A stretch of DNA of 62,610 bases, filler included, from Sphacelaria rigidula (taxonomy: Eukaryota): the NCBI GenBank assembly GCA_964200075.2. It is 7 parts of 7 records of this genome, joined end to end, with 100 filler letters (N's around TTAATTAATTAA, not from the genome) between each part and the next. Parts side by side here need not be neighbours in the genome. Positions count along the whole stretch, not along the records: positions 44,796 to 53,653 come from CAXNAA020009921.1; positions 53,754 to 62,610 come from CAXNAA020009922.1; 5 more parts are not named here. One strand, 5' to 3'. The position numbers were made by a program, and so were the translations under genes. Positions 44,796 through 57,500 of this stretch are shown piece by piece (the first letter of the stretch is position 1; each line of letters starts with the position of its first letter). The notes under the pieces are model-generated. The model was not told the DNA's origin. It saw only the letters and a list, made by a program, of their open reading frames with translations, and ran no database searches.

Positions 44796-45717
44796 GGGGG
44801 GCGTACTCATTTGTTGCTTGCCTTAGTCATTTGACCATTGACCACGCATCCCTTTCGAGACGGAGCACATCAAGTGATCCAATATTTCCCCTGAGCACAA
44901 GTTCGTCTTCTCACGGTGGCGCTGCTTGGAACGATAATTCGAAACATTTACGGCCACTCTGAAAATGAATGTCTCAATGAAAGTATCCCAACCCCAAAAC
45001 GTGAACGAAAAAGACAGTCGTCGTGCGGAAGGGTATGATGATGCGAAAATGAGTTTCTGTAATTGACCATATCCGTCGATTTGAGAAAAATACGGAGAAC
45101 ACTGGTGAAAAAAACTCGAGAAAGTGGACAGATAAACGAAGATAAAAAACGGAGGAAACTGAGCAATAACGAGAAACAAAAAGCAATGGGAAAACGCACC
45201 CCTAGGGGCAACTTCTGTTGTCGAACCGGCTCTGGCCGGTGAGATATGCGCACGGGTGGCCACTGGGGTGCCTGTAACCTCAAATTTGGACGTTACAAAC
45301 GTTGCACAAGGTCTGCAACGTTCAAGTTTAAGGTTTCGGGCACCCCAGTGGTCACCCCTGGGTGGAATGAGTGCGCTCTTTTGAGACTTTTGAATCTGCG
45401 TGTTTGATTCAGATCGTGTACGTCAATCTCTGCGCTAACGACCCCCCAGCAGAACGTAATTTTCGTCGTTCGTGAGGGCGGGGCCAAAAAAAGATGAATA
45501 TAGCCCTCGACCAGTACCATCCTCGGCACTGTGTGAACTCTGTGGTGCTAGTCAGCCTCTTTCCCACGGCATATACACACCAGCAACCTTACGCCGGTTG
45601 AAATTCAGGCCGGAGTCGAAGGGGCAGGGCGAGAGAAACATACCGTAGTAGCGCAATCTGCGGTAACAACACACCGGGATGCCTGTGCCGAATCGGTTGG
45701 GTTTTGACCTGGCTTAC

Positions 45718-48700
45718 CTGGGTTCGATGAACGAGTGACGTTACGAATGACATCATTAAGGCGATCGAGCTGAAATTCAAGTCCCTGTTCACCATAGCCG
45801 CGATGGCTGTCGCTCTGTCCCGCAAACGCGAGGCACACAGCGTCGTATTCCCCATCACCGCGGCAGGAGGCTGATGGTGTTTGACGTCCACAGCCATCAC
45901 ACCCCATTTTCTTCACGTCGCCGTCAATGGTGGACTCGGACTGTTGTACGGCCTCGGCCACCGCAATCTTCAGCTGGTCTACTCCCCGCTGGACAGCCGT
46001 CGATGGGAAGTTAGGCGATGGATCCGACTCCAGCGCGAACGGGGTGATCTTGAGCTGTGGGCTGTTGATGAGGACAAGAGTTGCTGAGTAGACGCAGGGA
46101 CCCCCCCCCCCCCTGGATGCTTCTCCCTCTTCCCTTTCCGGGATGGTTTGGCCCAGCGTCGATGCTGTGGCCACCACTGGTGATGCTAAGCGGAAGGGAA
46201 AGGAGAGTAACATGTAGGGGAGGTGGACGGGAGGGGGTGTACTCATGATCTTGCATGCCGTAGTCAAATGACCATTGACCTCGCATGCTGTGGCCAACAC
46301 TGGTAATGCTAAGCTGAAGCGAAGTGAGAGTAATACACGGGGGATGGGGGGGGGGTATTGTAACATGTAGGGGAGGCTGGGGGGTGTTCTCATGATCTTG
46401 CATACCGTCGTCATATGACCGTTGACCTCGCATACTGTGGCCAACACTGGCAATGCTAAGCTGAAGCGAAAGGAGAGTAACACATGGGGGATGGGGGGGG
46501 GGGTAGTATGGCGAGCTGCAAGCCCAAGAGACCGGGAAGCCTACTCTATGTCAAGAGGAACGTTTATCACTTCGTTTTATTTTTTCACCAGGATGAACTA
46601 TAACGCATGTTTGGAAAGGAAGAGATGCGCGTGCTAGGCTAGTACGTGAATCTACGTTTACAGTAGATGATGGCAGAGCGTGTAGTAGGAAACAAGGGAG
46701 GTGCGGTGGCGACTCAGGGCTTTCCTGAAGGCTGAGAAACAAGGCCAACTGTTGTGTACATCTATCGAAGGTCGGTCGTTGAGCGACGTGCCGGCGAAAA
46801 TGTTGCACCAAGTTGAGTTTCATATATCACCTACCGATTAGTACGGGGGGGTATTGGCGGCATGCACCAGAGACCAGAAAAATGTTTCCTAGCGAAATCA
46901 AATGTACAGCTACATGCGTCAAGTTTCCAACCCCGCCAGCTGACGACAGAAAAGGTGTGCCACACGACGCTGAACGGCAAAAATATATGTATCACGCTTT
47001 GGGGAAAGCATATGGCGAACCACCACATCATAGTAGACCGCCGCAACAGAGACAATGCATGAGTTAGGGACAGGCACTTCGAATACCTCCCCTGGTGGAC
47101 CATCAACGAACAAGGTTGCTTCTTACGTATGGAGTTTGAGAAATGCAGTACAACTAGTGTGAGAAAAAATGTGTTTGTTTTGTGCAACACTTTTCTCGAA
47201 CGTTCGTTATTGAAAACCGCCTTTTCCCGTCGAGTTCAAGCATTGCACTACGCCAACTGGCTGTCGCGGTTTTTCCGAAGCGGGTCTGTACTTGATCAAT
47301 GGACTACAGGTTTTCGGATCGCATGGAAACAGTAAAGAGGGCAGGGTAGCATATACATATCGTGTCGTCCAGAGAGAGGGAGTGCGGCACGGCCGCATTA
47401 GGCACTACATCACGAGGACAGGAAACAGCGCCAAAGTAGCCGGCAATTTGTCGCCGAAGAGACCGTAATTCTGCCAGTTCCCGATGATTCCCCAACGTCA
47501 ACGGCGTGATATTGTCAGCGACGACCACCTGCTCCATCATCATAGTAGCCATGTTGTTGCGAAGCTGACGCACGACGGCTATGGTTCTCGTTAGACCTAG
47601 GCACTTACAAATTGTCTTCAGACCCATATTCCTAATCGGCGTGTTCGGCTACAAAAGTTATATCGACTTCTCAAACAATCTTGATCTAGTTAATTTGAAA
47701 GATATGAAGGATCAGAGCGTAGCGTCTGCGGTGCACGGATCGGATTGAATGTCACTGGTCGACTTGGTGATGAACTTGGGGAACGAGTGATGGCGCCATA
47801 ACCCCCCCGTTAAACCAGTCCCAAAACCGACATAAAGAAAATGGCCATACCGCGCATGCTAGCTGGTTTCAAACTTCATGGAGCCCCTCATACGGGTGAT
47901 ATTTGCAAAACGGTCCCAAGCATGGGAGTTCCCAGCTGCTCGGTATGCTCGGCTATTACTGTCCTTCATTTTGGTTTACACTCCTAGATTTCGCTTCCTT
48001 ACATCAGCCACTTTTCTATGGGACGCTAACGCGGCATCACTCGAACATTGACGGATATCGATGAATTATTGTGTTCACGAGCGGAATTGATTGATGAATC
48101 GTGGAAGAACATAAGAAGTAGAATGTACAACATTTATACGAGTATCCCTTATACATGCGAGGAATATATTACTCAAGAGGGAAATTCTCAGGATTCGCCG
48201 TATACGAGTATGAAAAATGGCTTTCCAGGGACTGTCGTTTCTCGGGGAAAACGCCCCACGAGAGATGGTGTTTGAGAAATCAGCCCCCAAACGACCGGGA
48301 ACGCTTTTCACGTGTTCTTTTGCCTACCAAAGCACAGGAAGCGGCCTGAAAAATGCTCTTCGCTGATGAATTATTTTTCCCGTGTCTCCGTCCAACGTTT
48401 TTTCCCGGAGAAAACATCCTACAAGAATATTTGGTGTTGTCGGAAATCTGTCTCAAAAACAACCTGCGGGAAAAACTTGTACGACTATTGACAGTTTTTT
48501 TTCGTACCACAAGAAGCGCCTCGAAGATACTGTGCAGAAATTCACACTCCAGTGTACCGAAATGGCCTCACCTAGGATGTTATCCAAAAAGGGCAAACCC
48601 TCGTGTAGGCTCGCAAGCGCCCCTTGGACATCTCCGGTCGTTCGTACACAGCCGCCGCCACTGTCGCTCTCCTCTTGCACCTTACTCTTCGACTTTTCCG

Positions 48701-49034
48701 CGCCGTCGGAGTAGAATACCAGTCCCATGGAGGAACTGGATACCCGTTGGATATTGCTGCCCTGTCCGGTATCCTCGCCTGAGACGCCGTACCCCCCGCG
48801 GGCAGAAATCGTGTCTCCTAGTGCCGCAAATGCAGCGTCAAGACTGCCTCCAACGACGGTCACAGTCTCGAATGGCCGTAGCCGCTTAGGCATTTCGTAG
48901 CTTTGTAGTACCTGCGTGCGATCCCTGGGAGCCGAAGACATAGACATGGGCTTCCCTGTTGTCGGGGCGACAAACCCTCGGACCCATCGCAGTTCTAACA
49001 CGAAGATACTCGTGAGAACAATCGAGCGAGCCAT
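45718..49034 (-). CDS. Unknown plastid-targeted protein, 3'-partial; exons 49034-48572 and 46083-45718
   Basis: MARSIVLTSIFVLELRWVRG|FVAPTTGKPMSMSS is a bipartite plastid presequence. The phase-1 donor CTAG|gtgagg (48571) is compatible with the phase-1 acceptor ctactcag|CA (46083). The second exon is open for ~122 codons and ends CCAG|gtaagc. An extra exon or an earlier donor cannot be excluded. Confidence 0.65.
46165..46500. repeat. Tandem array (~2.5 units of ~125-150 bp) containing the GTACTCATGATCTTGCATGCC motif
   Basis: Repeated ctgtggcca.cactgg..atgctaagc...gagagtaa and ctcatgatcttgcat.ccgt.gtca.atgacc.ttgacctcgcat. Related to 62440-62505. Confidence 0.8.
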
Positions 49035-49617
49035 AGGTACGGTGATGGATTTGAGACTGATATCTTTCCCTACGCCGTGCGACGATATCACTTCCTGCAG
49101 TTGGATCGTCCTCGCAGACGATGGAACCTCCTCGGGCCATCAGCCTTACTTGAAGCATAACCCTGTCTCTATTTGAGCACGTGCATTCCGTTGAGGACCC
49201 ACGTGTCGCGGGCCCTCGGTTGGTTGTTGCTTTGGTGCTGCAACTGGACAGCGGTGTGATTTCGGCACTGTCGTTCAATCAGATCGCGGCGATGTGACTC
49301 TTGAATTCAGTACACCGAGTTGGAGGCACGCTCCCGGTCAGGCACACGAACAGCAACAACACAAAAACGCAGGCAGGAGGCACACTCCCAGCCAGGCACA
49401 CGAACAGCCAAAAAAAAAAAAGAGCAGGTGAACGCGTCATGCATTCACATAAGCATCAGACATCCTAACTCGCCACACAGGCCACTCTGCTCTGATAGCC
49501 TGGGCGACCGGAACGCACGCATCAAACAGATATTGCACGGAAATTGGCTGCTGCGTCCCGCACTCTATATCAGCTGTCCTTGCGCGATCTTCCAAGAGGA
49601 ACCCCCAAGGTACACAA

Positions 49618-52600
49618 ATGGCCCCCTCTATGATTTCCCGAGTACAGCAGGCAGGGGCGGCGCACTTGCTCACAGTCGCCTCCTTCCTGGCGATGATCAC
49701 CATCTACCCTACGCCCTCTACAGGATTCGTGGTTTCCCCAGCAAGGTTTACTCTTCGCTCCGCTGAGGTATGTGCGCACCCGTCCGTTGCTGCTCTACGT
49801 TCATATTTCGTCGTTAAAGTTTCACGTTATTTCTGCGAGGGGGCGGGAGCATGGGATGGGGGAACTTGCAGTATTTGCCGCCTGACGGTAGCCACAGCTG
49901 GTGCCCTGTGCATACACTCAATACTCTGATCAAGTGGTGGTCCGCATTTTACATGAACGCGTGCGTCAAGTTGCTTGTGGGGCACGCCAGGGTGTGTTCG
50001 GTCCGTATTCGGCGCGGCCCTCCCCAGTGACGGCATTCCAGCGTAATCCATGATGACATTAATACAGCATCCCAATATGTCGCACCACGATTGAGCGTGC
50101 CAACTGCAGTGTCACTCCCCCGATGAGAAATGCATCATGTACCGCGAAGGAGCACTGTAGATATGATGGAAAGGTCAACCGTTTGGTGATGCACGAAAGA
50201 TCCTGCCTTCGGAAATTGGCGGAAGACTCAAAAACTCGACCATCATATCTGCTAGAAATTCATTCGCACACACACCCGCGTGAACATCATTTTTGTTTCG
50301 CCGCGATAAGGTCACCTTGATGATCACCCCTATAAAAACGAGATATATATGGCGGAGTCAATGAAGCCAATCAACGATCTAATTTTGAATATATTTGCAT
50401 GTGGACATGTGCGCATGATATCCCAAGCGCACACGAGCTGAGCCAGCTTGAAATCGGAATGAAGGTTGCCCACACGACAGCTTTCCCAGTTTCCCGAATG
50501 AACTCGATGTAAGCGTATCACTGTGAACTGCAGACCCACGTGACGGCAAACGACAGCGTCACTGTTCGATTCAAGCCGTATTGCCGATGACGTTTTTGTA
50601 CTGCATAGAGTACAGGGTGCGTCTGATATCCTCGGGCGATAGCGTGTCCGAGTGCGTTTTTTTTTTATTGCGGTGGATTCACGTCAGCAATCACCCCGCA
50701 CGGGGTATATGTAGGGTGCCAACACGTTGCACGCACACACGGCCCGATTCGACGACCCTTGAGCTGAAATTTCGCGAAGACCTTCTTCACCCGAGGACAT
50801 GATACATCGCGGGAGCAGTTGCAGATTCTCGTTTCTTTGCCGGAAATTTCACGAAGACATGATTTTTTTTTGCTGAAATTTCAAATCCCCATAACTCCTC
50901 TTTTCTCTCTCTTTTTTTTTTTTTTCTTTTTTTTTTTGTTTTTTTTTCTTGTTGATTATTATAGGCTACTTTCGAAATTTCAGCGTCCAAATCCTCATTT
51001 CACGCCATGCATCGCCTGAGCCAGAAAACTACCCTCTGTTGGCTGGCCCAGCTTGTATGAGTCTTTCACGTAGTGCGGGCCAATCAACGGCGGTTCTCAT
51101 CAAACCTTTATTTATGATAATACGGCCATGTTTTGCCAACTATGTTTATATTTACAGCGAGCCATGTGCCACGAGAAGTGGGGAGTATCTTTTGCGCGCT
51201 ACTTGCCCGTATCCTTACTCCCTATTCCCTGCGATGTAGTCCAAAAGAAAGGATCGAAACGGTATACCCACACGGGCGGTGGCCATTGGCTTCAAGCGTA
51301 TAATTCAGCATTATACAGCAAATATGTGCCGAGAATCTCCGACAAGTACAGCCCCTTCATGCACACCCCACCAACAACAATCGTCACCACAGGAGTACAG
51401 TATAGTGTCGTGGTGAAGCGCACCGCTGTATTACATCCTGAGCACCACAGACGTTGGAAAATTGGATGGGTTGGGCCTAAGCGTGGGCAGTTTTCTCGCA
51501 GGTTTTACAGTGTCGTAATACGTCAAACAACCCAAAAAATGATCGAAGCCAGGAAATCAAATAGTTTCACGAGAAGGACATATCATATCAACCAGCCAGC
51601 CGTGCCTTGTTTGGGGCTCTCTTTATGTTGTGGGCGCATTTTCCGACTGTTGACATTTTTCTTCTACAGCAGTGAGCGGTCTAAGGCCAACTTTAATGGG
51701 AGCCGTTCAAAATTCCAGTGGAAAACTGGCTTTCGGGCCCTTCTCCGTCGATTTACGCTCGAAAAGAGTGCTAGGCGGATGTCGACGCCTTGAAAAGACT
51801 TGCTCTACTCGTTGAGACCGTTCTAGGGCAACTCTGCATTTCCCGCTGGCTGCACTTTTGTTTTTGACCAAACCAGGCCAAACACGATTTTTCAGTAAAA
51901 AACGATCAGGTGATCAAAATTCCTCCCTGTTTTTTGATAGCTTCGCCGTTTTTTGTTGAAAATCCGTGTTCGGCCAAAAATGAAAGTGCGGCCAGCGGGG
52001 AATGCAAAGTTGCCCTGGAGGAACGGCCTCAATGAGTAGAGCATGTCATTCCAAGGCTTCAACAGCCGCGTAGCCATCTTTTCAGGCGTATAACGACGGA
52101 GAAGGGCCAAAAAGGCAGTTTTCGACTGGAATTTTGAACGGCTCCCATTAGAGTCGGTCTAAGTATTCCTCTTGTGGCATTTTGTGATTTATTCGTTTTT
52201 GGCGATTTTCTTGGGCTTCTTTCGCTTGGCACCGCTCATCACATCGGGGATCTGAAGATATTTGTATCCGCTCCTAATTCCAGGGAAATATTGAGTGACT
52301 TACGGGCTGACCGGTCAGCGGAGGTCCTGCCACGTTTTAGCCCAGATTCTTACATATTAGTGTTTTCGGTCGATCGAGCCTGTCCCGATCATATTTGTGA
52401 AGAAATATACAGCCTATTTTTTTGTGTGTTTCACGGTCAAAAACACCCTTCTAATGAACAGTGTATTTACTCATGTCACCCCATAACACCAATCAACACT
52501 GACTTGGGCACTCCGTTTCGAGGATAATCTGCTCATTGTACCAAAATCTACCGCCGAGCGGCACTGTAGCGCTACAGTAGCAATTTCGAGTTTAACCAGA

Positions 52601-53157
52601 GAGTATTACGCGAGGAAAATCCCAAAACACCCCTGAATAGTTGGACCGCCAACTACTGTAGTGTTTTTGGTCGCCCGCCGTCTGATCGCCCCGCCCTTTG
52701 CCGATGTGATCGCGCACGTATATCTCTTTCCATATCGCGCGTGCGTGTCAATTCTGGTCGCTTCCGCCCGTGCTCTCAGGTCTGCAGTACGACCCCGACC
52801 ACAATGATGGCCGCGGCGCGAGGTGGTAAGGAGCGATACGACTGGATAGACGTTATTGCCATCAAAGACGCGCCGGCACCCGGTACGGCCACCTCGGTTT
52901 TTGCAGCGGATCTTGACCTATGCGTGGCGGCCGACGACAGCGGCCTCCTCTACGTCATCGGTAACAAGTGCCCCCCGGCCAATCAGCCTCTCTCGTTCAG
53001 CAAGGTGGTGAACAAAACGATCAAGGACCCTGTGCTTGGGACCGTGATTGACCTTGAGACGGGCGACGTGTTGGAATGGTGTCCGTCGCTGCTGGGAAAG
53101 CTGCTCCGTCCCATCCTTGGCTCCGCCCCGGCGGACGCGGGTGTCGTGCCTTTCAAG
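49618..53157 (+). CDS. Plastid-targeted Rieske-fold protein with degenerate [2Fe-2S] ligands (PSB33/TEF5-like), 3'-partial; exons 49618-49767 and 52780-53157
   Basis: Exon 1 MAPSM...LLTVASFLAMITIYPTPSTG|FVVSP is a signal plus F-type transit peptide, with a phase-0 donor GAG|gtatgt. Exon 2 reads WIDV...DAPAPG...LYVIGNKCPPANQPLS...TIKDPVLGTVIDLETGDVLEWCP, a Rieske ferredoxin-type pattern with CxH changed to CPP and CxxH changed to DPVL. It ends AAG|gtgagt. Confidence 0.85.
51685..52159. mobile_element. PIF/Harbinger-type (Tourist-like) foldback MITE with TAA target-site duplication, in intron 1 of the Rieske-fold gene
   Basis: TAA|ggccaactttaatgggagccgttcaaaattccagt... and ...actggaattttgaacggctcccattagagtcggtc|TAA form ~190-bp imperfect inverted arms. 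A related partial sequence lies at 8720-8800. Confidence 0.8.
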
Positions 53158-53653
53158 GTGAGTTTCCCCTTCCCTCGTTTTTTTCATAGTTTCTAAAACG
53201 TAGGGTGAAACGCGTTTGCGTTTGATGAAATAAAATCTCACCACTGAACAAATCGTTTGTACTTCATCGAGAGCTCCGAATCAAGTGATCTCTAGTATTG
53301 TGTGCTTCGCCGTGGCTTTGCTTGCGCTGGATGCAATGAACGGGAATAGGTGCAACTACTATGAAAAGAAGTGTCCCGCTTGCACCATTACCAGTGAAAA
53401 TCTAGACGTGAGGCGAGAAAGTTAGTATGCGCTACGAGTATCAGCGCCGAAGAGAGCGTTCTCGGAATCACTTGTACATACCAGGAATAGAGCGATCTGT
53501 ACGGATATGTACGGATATGTACGGTCGGACACGTCGCGCCATACTTTGTGTCAGGTACTTGTATCGTTCACCTGAAGAAATCACTGGGAAAGAGCAATGC
53601 TACGGTAGGGGTGCACTTTTTTCGCGAAATTTTGTCTGGTTCAGGGGCTCCTG

Positions 53654-53753
53654 NNNNNNNNNNNNNNNNNNNNNNNNNNNNNNNNNNNNNNNNNNNNTTA
53701 ATTAATTAANNNNNNNNNNNNNNNNNNNNNNNNNNNNNNNNNNNNNNNNNNNN
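53654..53753. other. Artificial 100-bp contig spacer
   Basis: Same N/TTAATTAATTAA/N pad. Confidence 0.98.
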
Positions 53754-54545
53754 TGTTCCTTGCCTTAGTCCTTTGACCATTGACCCCTCTCCCCGTTCGA
53801 AATGGCGCAGGGAAGGGGGGGGGGGCTATCGTAGAAAGTGTCTTTTGTGCGCAGTGGCCCACACACGATGTTATCACAGCGAAACGATGACACGAACAAG
53901 TGTATGTTCTGTGTATACTTTTCTATATATCGCTTAGCAATATAATAGTTTCATATTGGTGACGCCGCTGATCAACGTCACCATATGACAATATATCGAA
54001 TACTGGCCAATATGTGTTGGATTCAATACAGTCCTGCTAGAGAGCGAATTGTTTTGCGAGAGAAGTGACTGCAATACCCGAGATGAACGTCAACAGTATG
54101 CAGCCATTCCCTCTTTGAAACAAGACCCCAAATCCCGAGAAAAAACAATCTTTAGCGTTCTGGGGTATGGCAAATATTCAAGAAAAGAGTTCCAAATCGA
54201 CGCTTTTTCATATCTCCCCCCTTCTTGTCTCGGGCGAGCGTGCTATATTTCATCTCAAAGTTTACACACTTTCTACAAGGAAAGTACAAATGTTGTAACG
54301 CTACATGTAGCGGATTGGGTTTTTCTGCTTTGTTTTTTGTCACGTTGTCGACCCACCCCCCCTCCTCTGAACGGGTCTGTCGTCTCGAGGAATCAACCCA
54401 TCCCCCCCCGGTTGTACCTCCAAATTGAGTCAAGGTCAAGGCTAGCTAGGTTGATTTCGATCGCTTCTTGCTGCTTTTTGTTTTTGTCGCTAGATCAAGT
54501 CGTAGACTTATCGTACGAAAACGTGAAAAGAAAACGGATGGCCGA

Positions 54546-57500
54546 ATGAGATGAGATGAGATGAGTGAGTTGAGTGTCGCACATCAACTGATGTCCGACG
54601 GAACCTAGTCGTGGTTAGTCACGAGATTACTATACGTGCTCGAGGCAAACAGAAACGGAAACGCTGGCTGAAAAAAACAAAAAGGGTGGAAAAAACAAGA
54701 AGATAGAACAAACAAACGGAGTGCACTGAAACGAAAAACAAGAATAAACAACGACAGCAACATTGACGGATCATGAGAGCAACATTAACAACAACAACAA
54801 CAACAACAGAGAACTAAGCAGGAAGGGGAGGAAGGGAACAGAGAAGACCTAGCAAAAAGTAATAAGAAGGCCTGTCCGTAGCGCATGACTTGGGTTGAAA
54901 AAGGCCGGGCGCAATAAAAAGCATATGCACCCACACACACAAACAAAACAAGAGAGGCCGCGGCAGCAGATGGAGGCTCAGCTACCTCGGACCATACTCT
55001 CTGGGCCTGAGCTCTCACCCATGAGCCCTACGGAAGCAAGGCACCAAATTGTCACTGTATGACACTGAGAACACTGAGAGGAACGAAACAGCGGGAGATA
55101 GATGGGGGGAGGAAGAGAGAATAGAGGAGAAGATTACGGAAGCGATTGAAACCCAAGACACCGTAGAGCATGTACAAAAGCACAAGCAGGGAACAGGAAC
55201 ATTGTAAGACCACAGGCGGAGGAAGTATCAACCACCGATTAGAGAAGACGGGGGTGGATCAGTTCCCGTGTTAATCTTGATTTCCCCACTCGTCGCTGGT
55301 CAGGTACAAAGCGGGACAATCTTTCAATCATTTCCATCCTGAGTTCCTCGCAAGCTCTTGCTGTTGTCATGTGCCGAATGGCCGCCCTTGATGCAGAAGC
55401 TCATCATTTCTGGCTAAGGTCCGACAGGAGATTGTCTTAGCGCCGCCACGTTTCCTCTGACTTCTCCGCCCATTCACCGAATCCAAGGTTTCAATTGCCC
55501 CTATTCTTTGCCGTAGTGACCCAATCATGTGCGATCCCTAGATCGTGGGCGAACCATTTCCATCGTGCTCCTTTGAGTAGAAACGCCCTGTACACGCAAG
55601 CTCTCCTAGATGAGATATTTCAAGCATTTAGGGGCCGGCCAGCCTCCTTGAGCCCTTGTGCGGCTACCGGTCTGAATTTGACGCGCTTTGGAGGACTTGT
55701 TCGTCCCGTCGGACAAGGCCCCCCGCGAACCAGCTTGCGGATGATCGTCTCCAAACGTTCACAGTTGGTAATCTCGAGCACATTTCTGGACGAGAGCGAC
55801 TTCGCTCCTTCATGCGGATTCCAACCATTCACAGCAAAAGCTGGTGGTAGGTAGGGCGCAGACTCTTGAGGTCCACGGGACCATGTAGCACATCCGTGCA
55901 GTATAGCTTCCACCACCTCCGCTTCGAGCAGCCGAATGTTCCTAGGTAGCTGGGCGTTGGGTTGATCACACAGCTGGGAACTATACCTTTGGAGGCGTGC
56001 ACACGCAGCGCTGATGCGGCGCTTGATTTCGATGGAAATATCCGCATCTGCGCTGGCAGCACCACAAGGTAGACATCCATCTACTTATTCCATTGGGCTA
56101 CCGCGTCGATGTGCAGTGCGGCCTCTGCGCAGTTGGGACTGACCGTAGGCACATGGGCCTTGTCATGCTCTGCGATACCATCAGTCCGAACTCCTGACAG
56201 GCCATCACTATCACGGCCATCAGTCTAGCAAGCCGTCTGGGCCGGCGTCATCTGCATATAGCATTCCTCACACCGCGCGCCGCATCGTCTTCAGCGGCAT
56301 CTCTTGCAGGTGTTCACGATCCTCTTTTGGCGCATCATCTAGATAACCAAGTCTGAGACGATAGCTGAGTCTGCCGGGAGCCACTTTAAGATCAACCAAG
56401 GCTGCATCGAAGATGTCGAACAATAGCGGGGACGAAACGCAGCCCTGCCCGAGTCCACAGAATACGTGGAACCAGGCTGTCATCATCCACCCATGATGAC
56501 GTTTTAGTGAGATTGAGAGTAGAGCGCTGATTGAGAGTGGCTTTGATCATTCGCTTTATCATAGCCGATTTTTCATTCCGTGTGTGATATTCGTTGCTTT
56601 CACCACTGACGTGTGCTTACAGCTACACGTCGATATTCTACTCGGGGAAATCTAGAGCCTCAGTGGCAAGCTACTACAGAAAGCATATCGGGCCTCGTGG
56701 AGGGTCATCTCGGAACTGAAAGGATTCATTCACTCATTGACCGCTTTTCACTCTCGGTCGTATCCTCTACTCTCAATCTCACGAAAACGTTGTTCTATAC
56801 CCGACCTCGCATGCCGTCATCAAACATGCGGATGGCCTTGATTACCCGCGGCGGGACGCCGAGCCCAATACGCACTTCCCACAGGAGTGTGCCGTCTACG
56901 GAGTCGTAGTCTTTTTGCAGGTCGATGAAGCACACGTTTCTGGGACATTGCTCACCCGTCTCAACTCCTGTAGTCGGCATACCACGGACATCATGTTGGT
57001 GGTCGATCGCTGGCGCCGGAATCCCCGCTGCTCTTCCGGGAAGATCCCTAGTCGCAGAAACTACCGGGCCTGTTGGGTACGATTTTGAGGAGATCTTTAT
57101 CAGCACATGCCACGAGGAAGATGCCTACGTAGCTACCATAATCAACCCTATCCTTCTCCTCGTGCAGCACTTTAACACTGGTGGCTTTCCACTCTCGCGG
57201 CACCTCGCGGCATGTCCAAACCGCAGCGATGATGCTGTGGAAGTGGTACACAATATCTGAAGGCTCCCCAGGCCAACCGAAGTTCGAGCAGTTCAGCAGG
57301 TACATCATCCGGGTCCGTCGCTTTACCGTTCACTATAGCTCTCAGGGCATCCCCAGTTTCAATTGCGCTTGGTAGGTCGCCGAGCGACAACGCTGTCGGG
57401 TGATGTGCTATGTTTTCAGTACGGCTCGCTCAATAGTTGCCGATATGGCATGCAGCAAGGCGAACAAGTGAAATTATCATCTCTCACAAATTGGGCCGTT

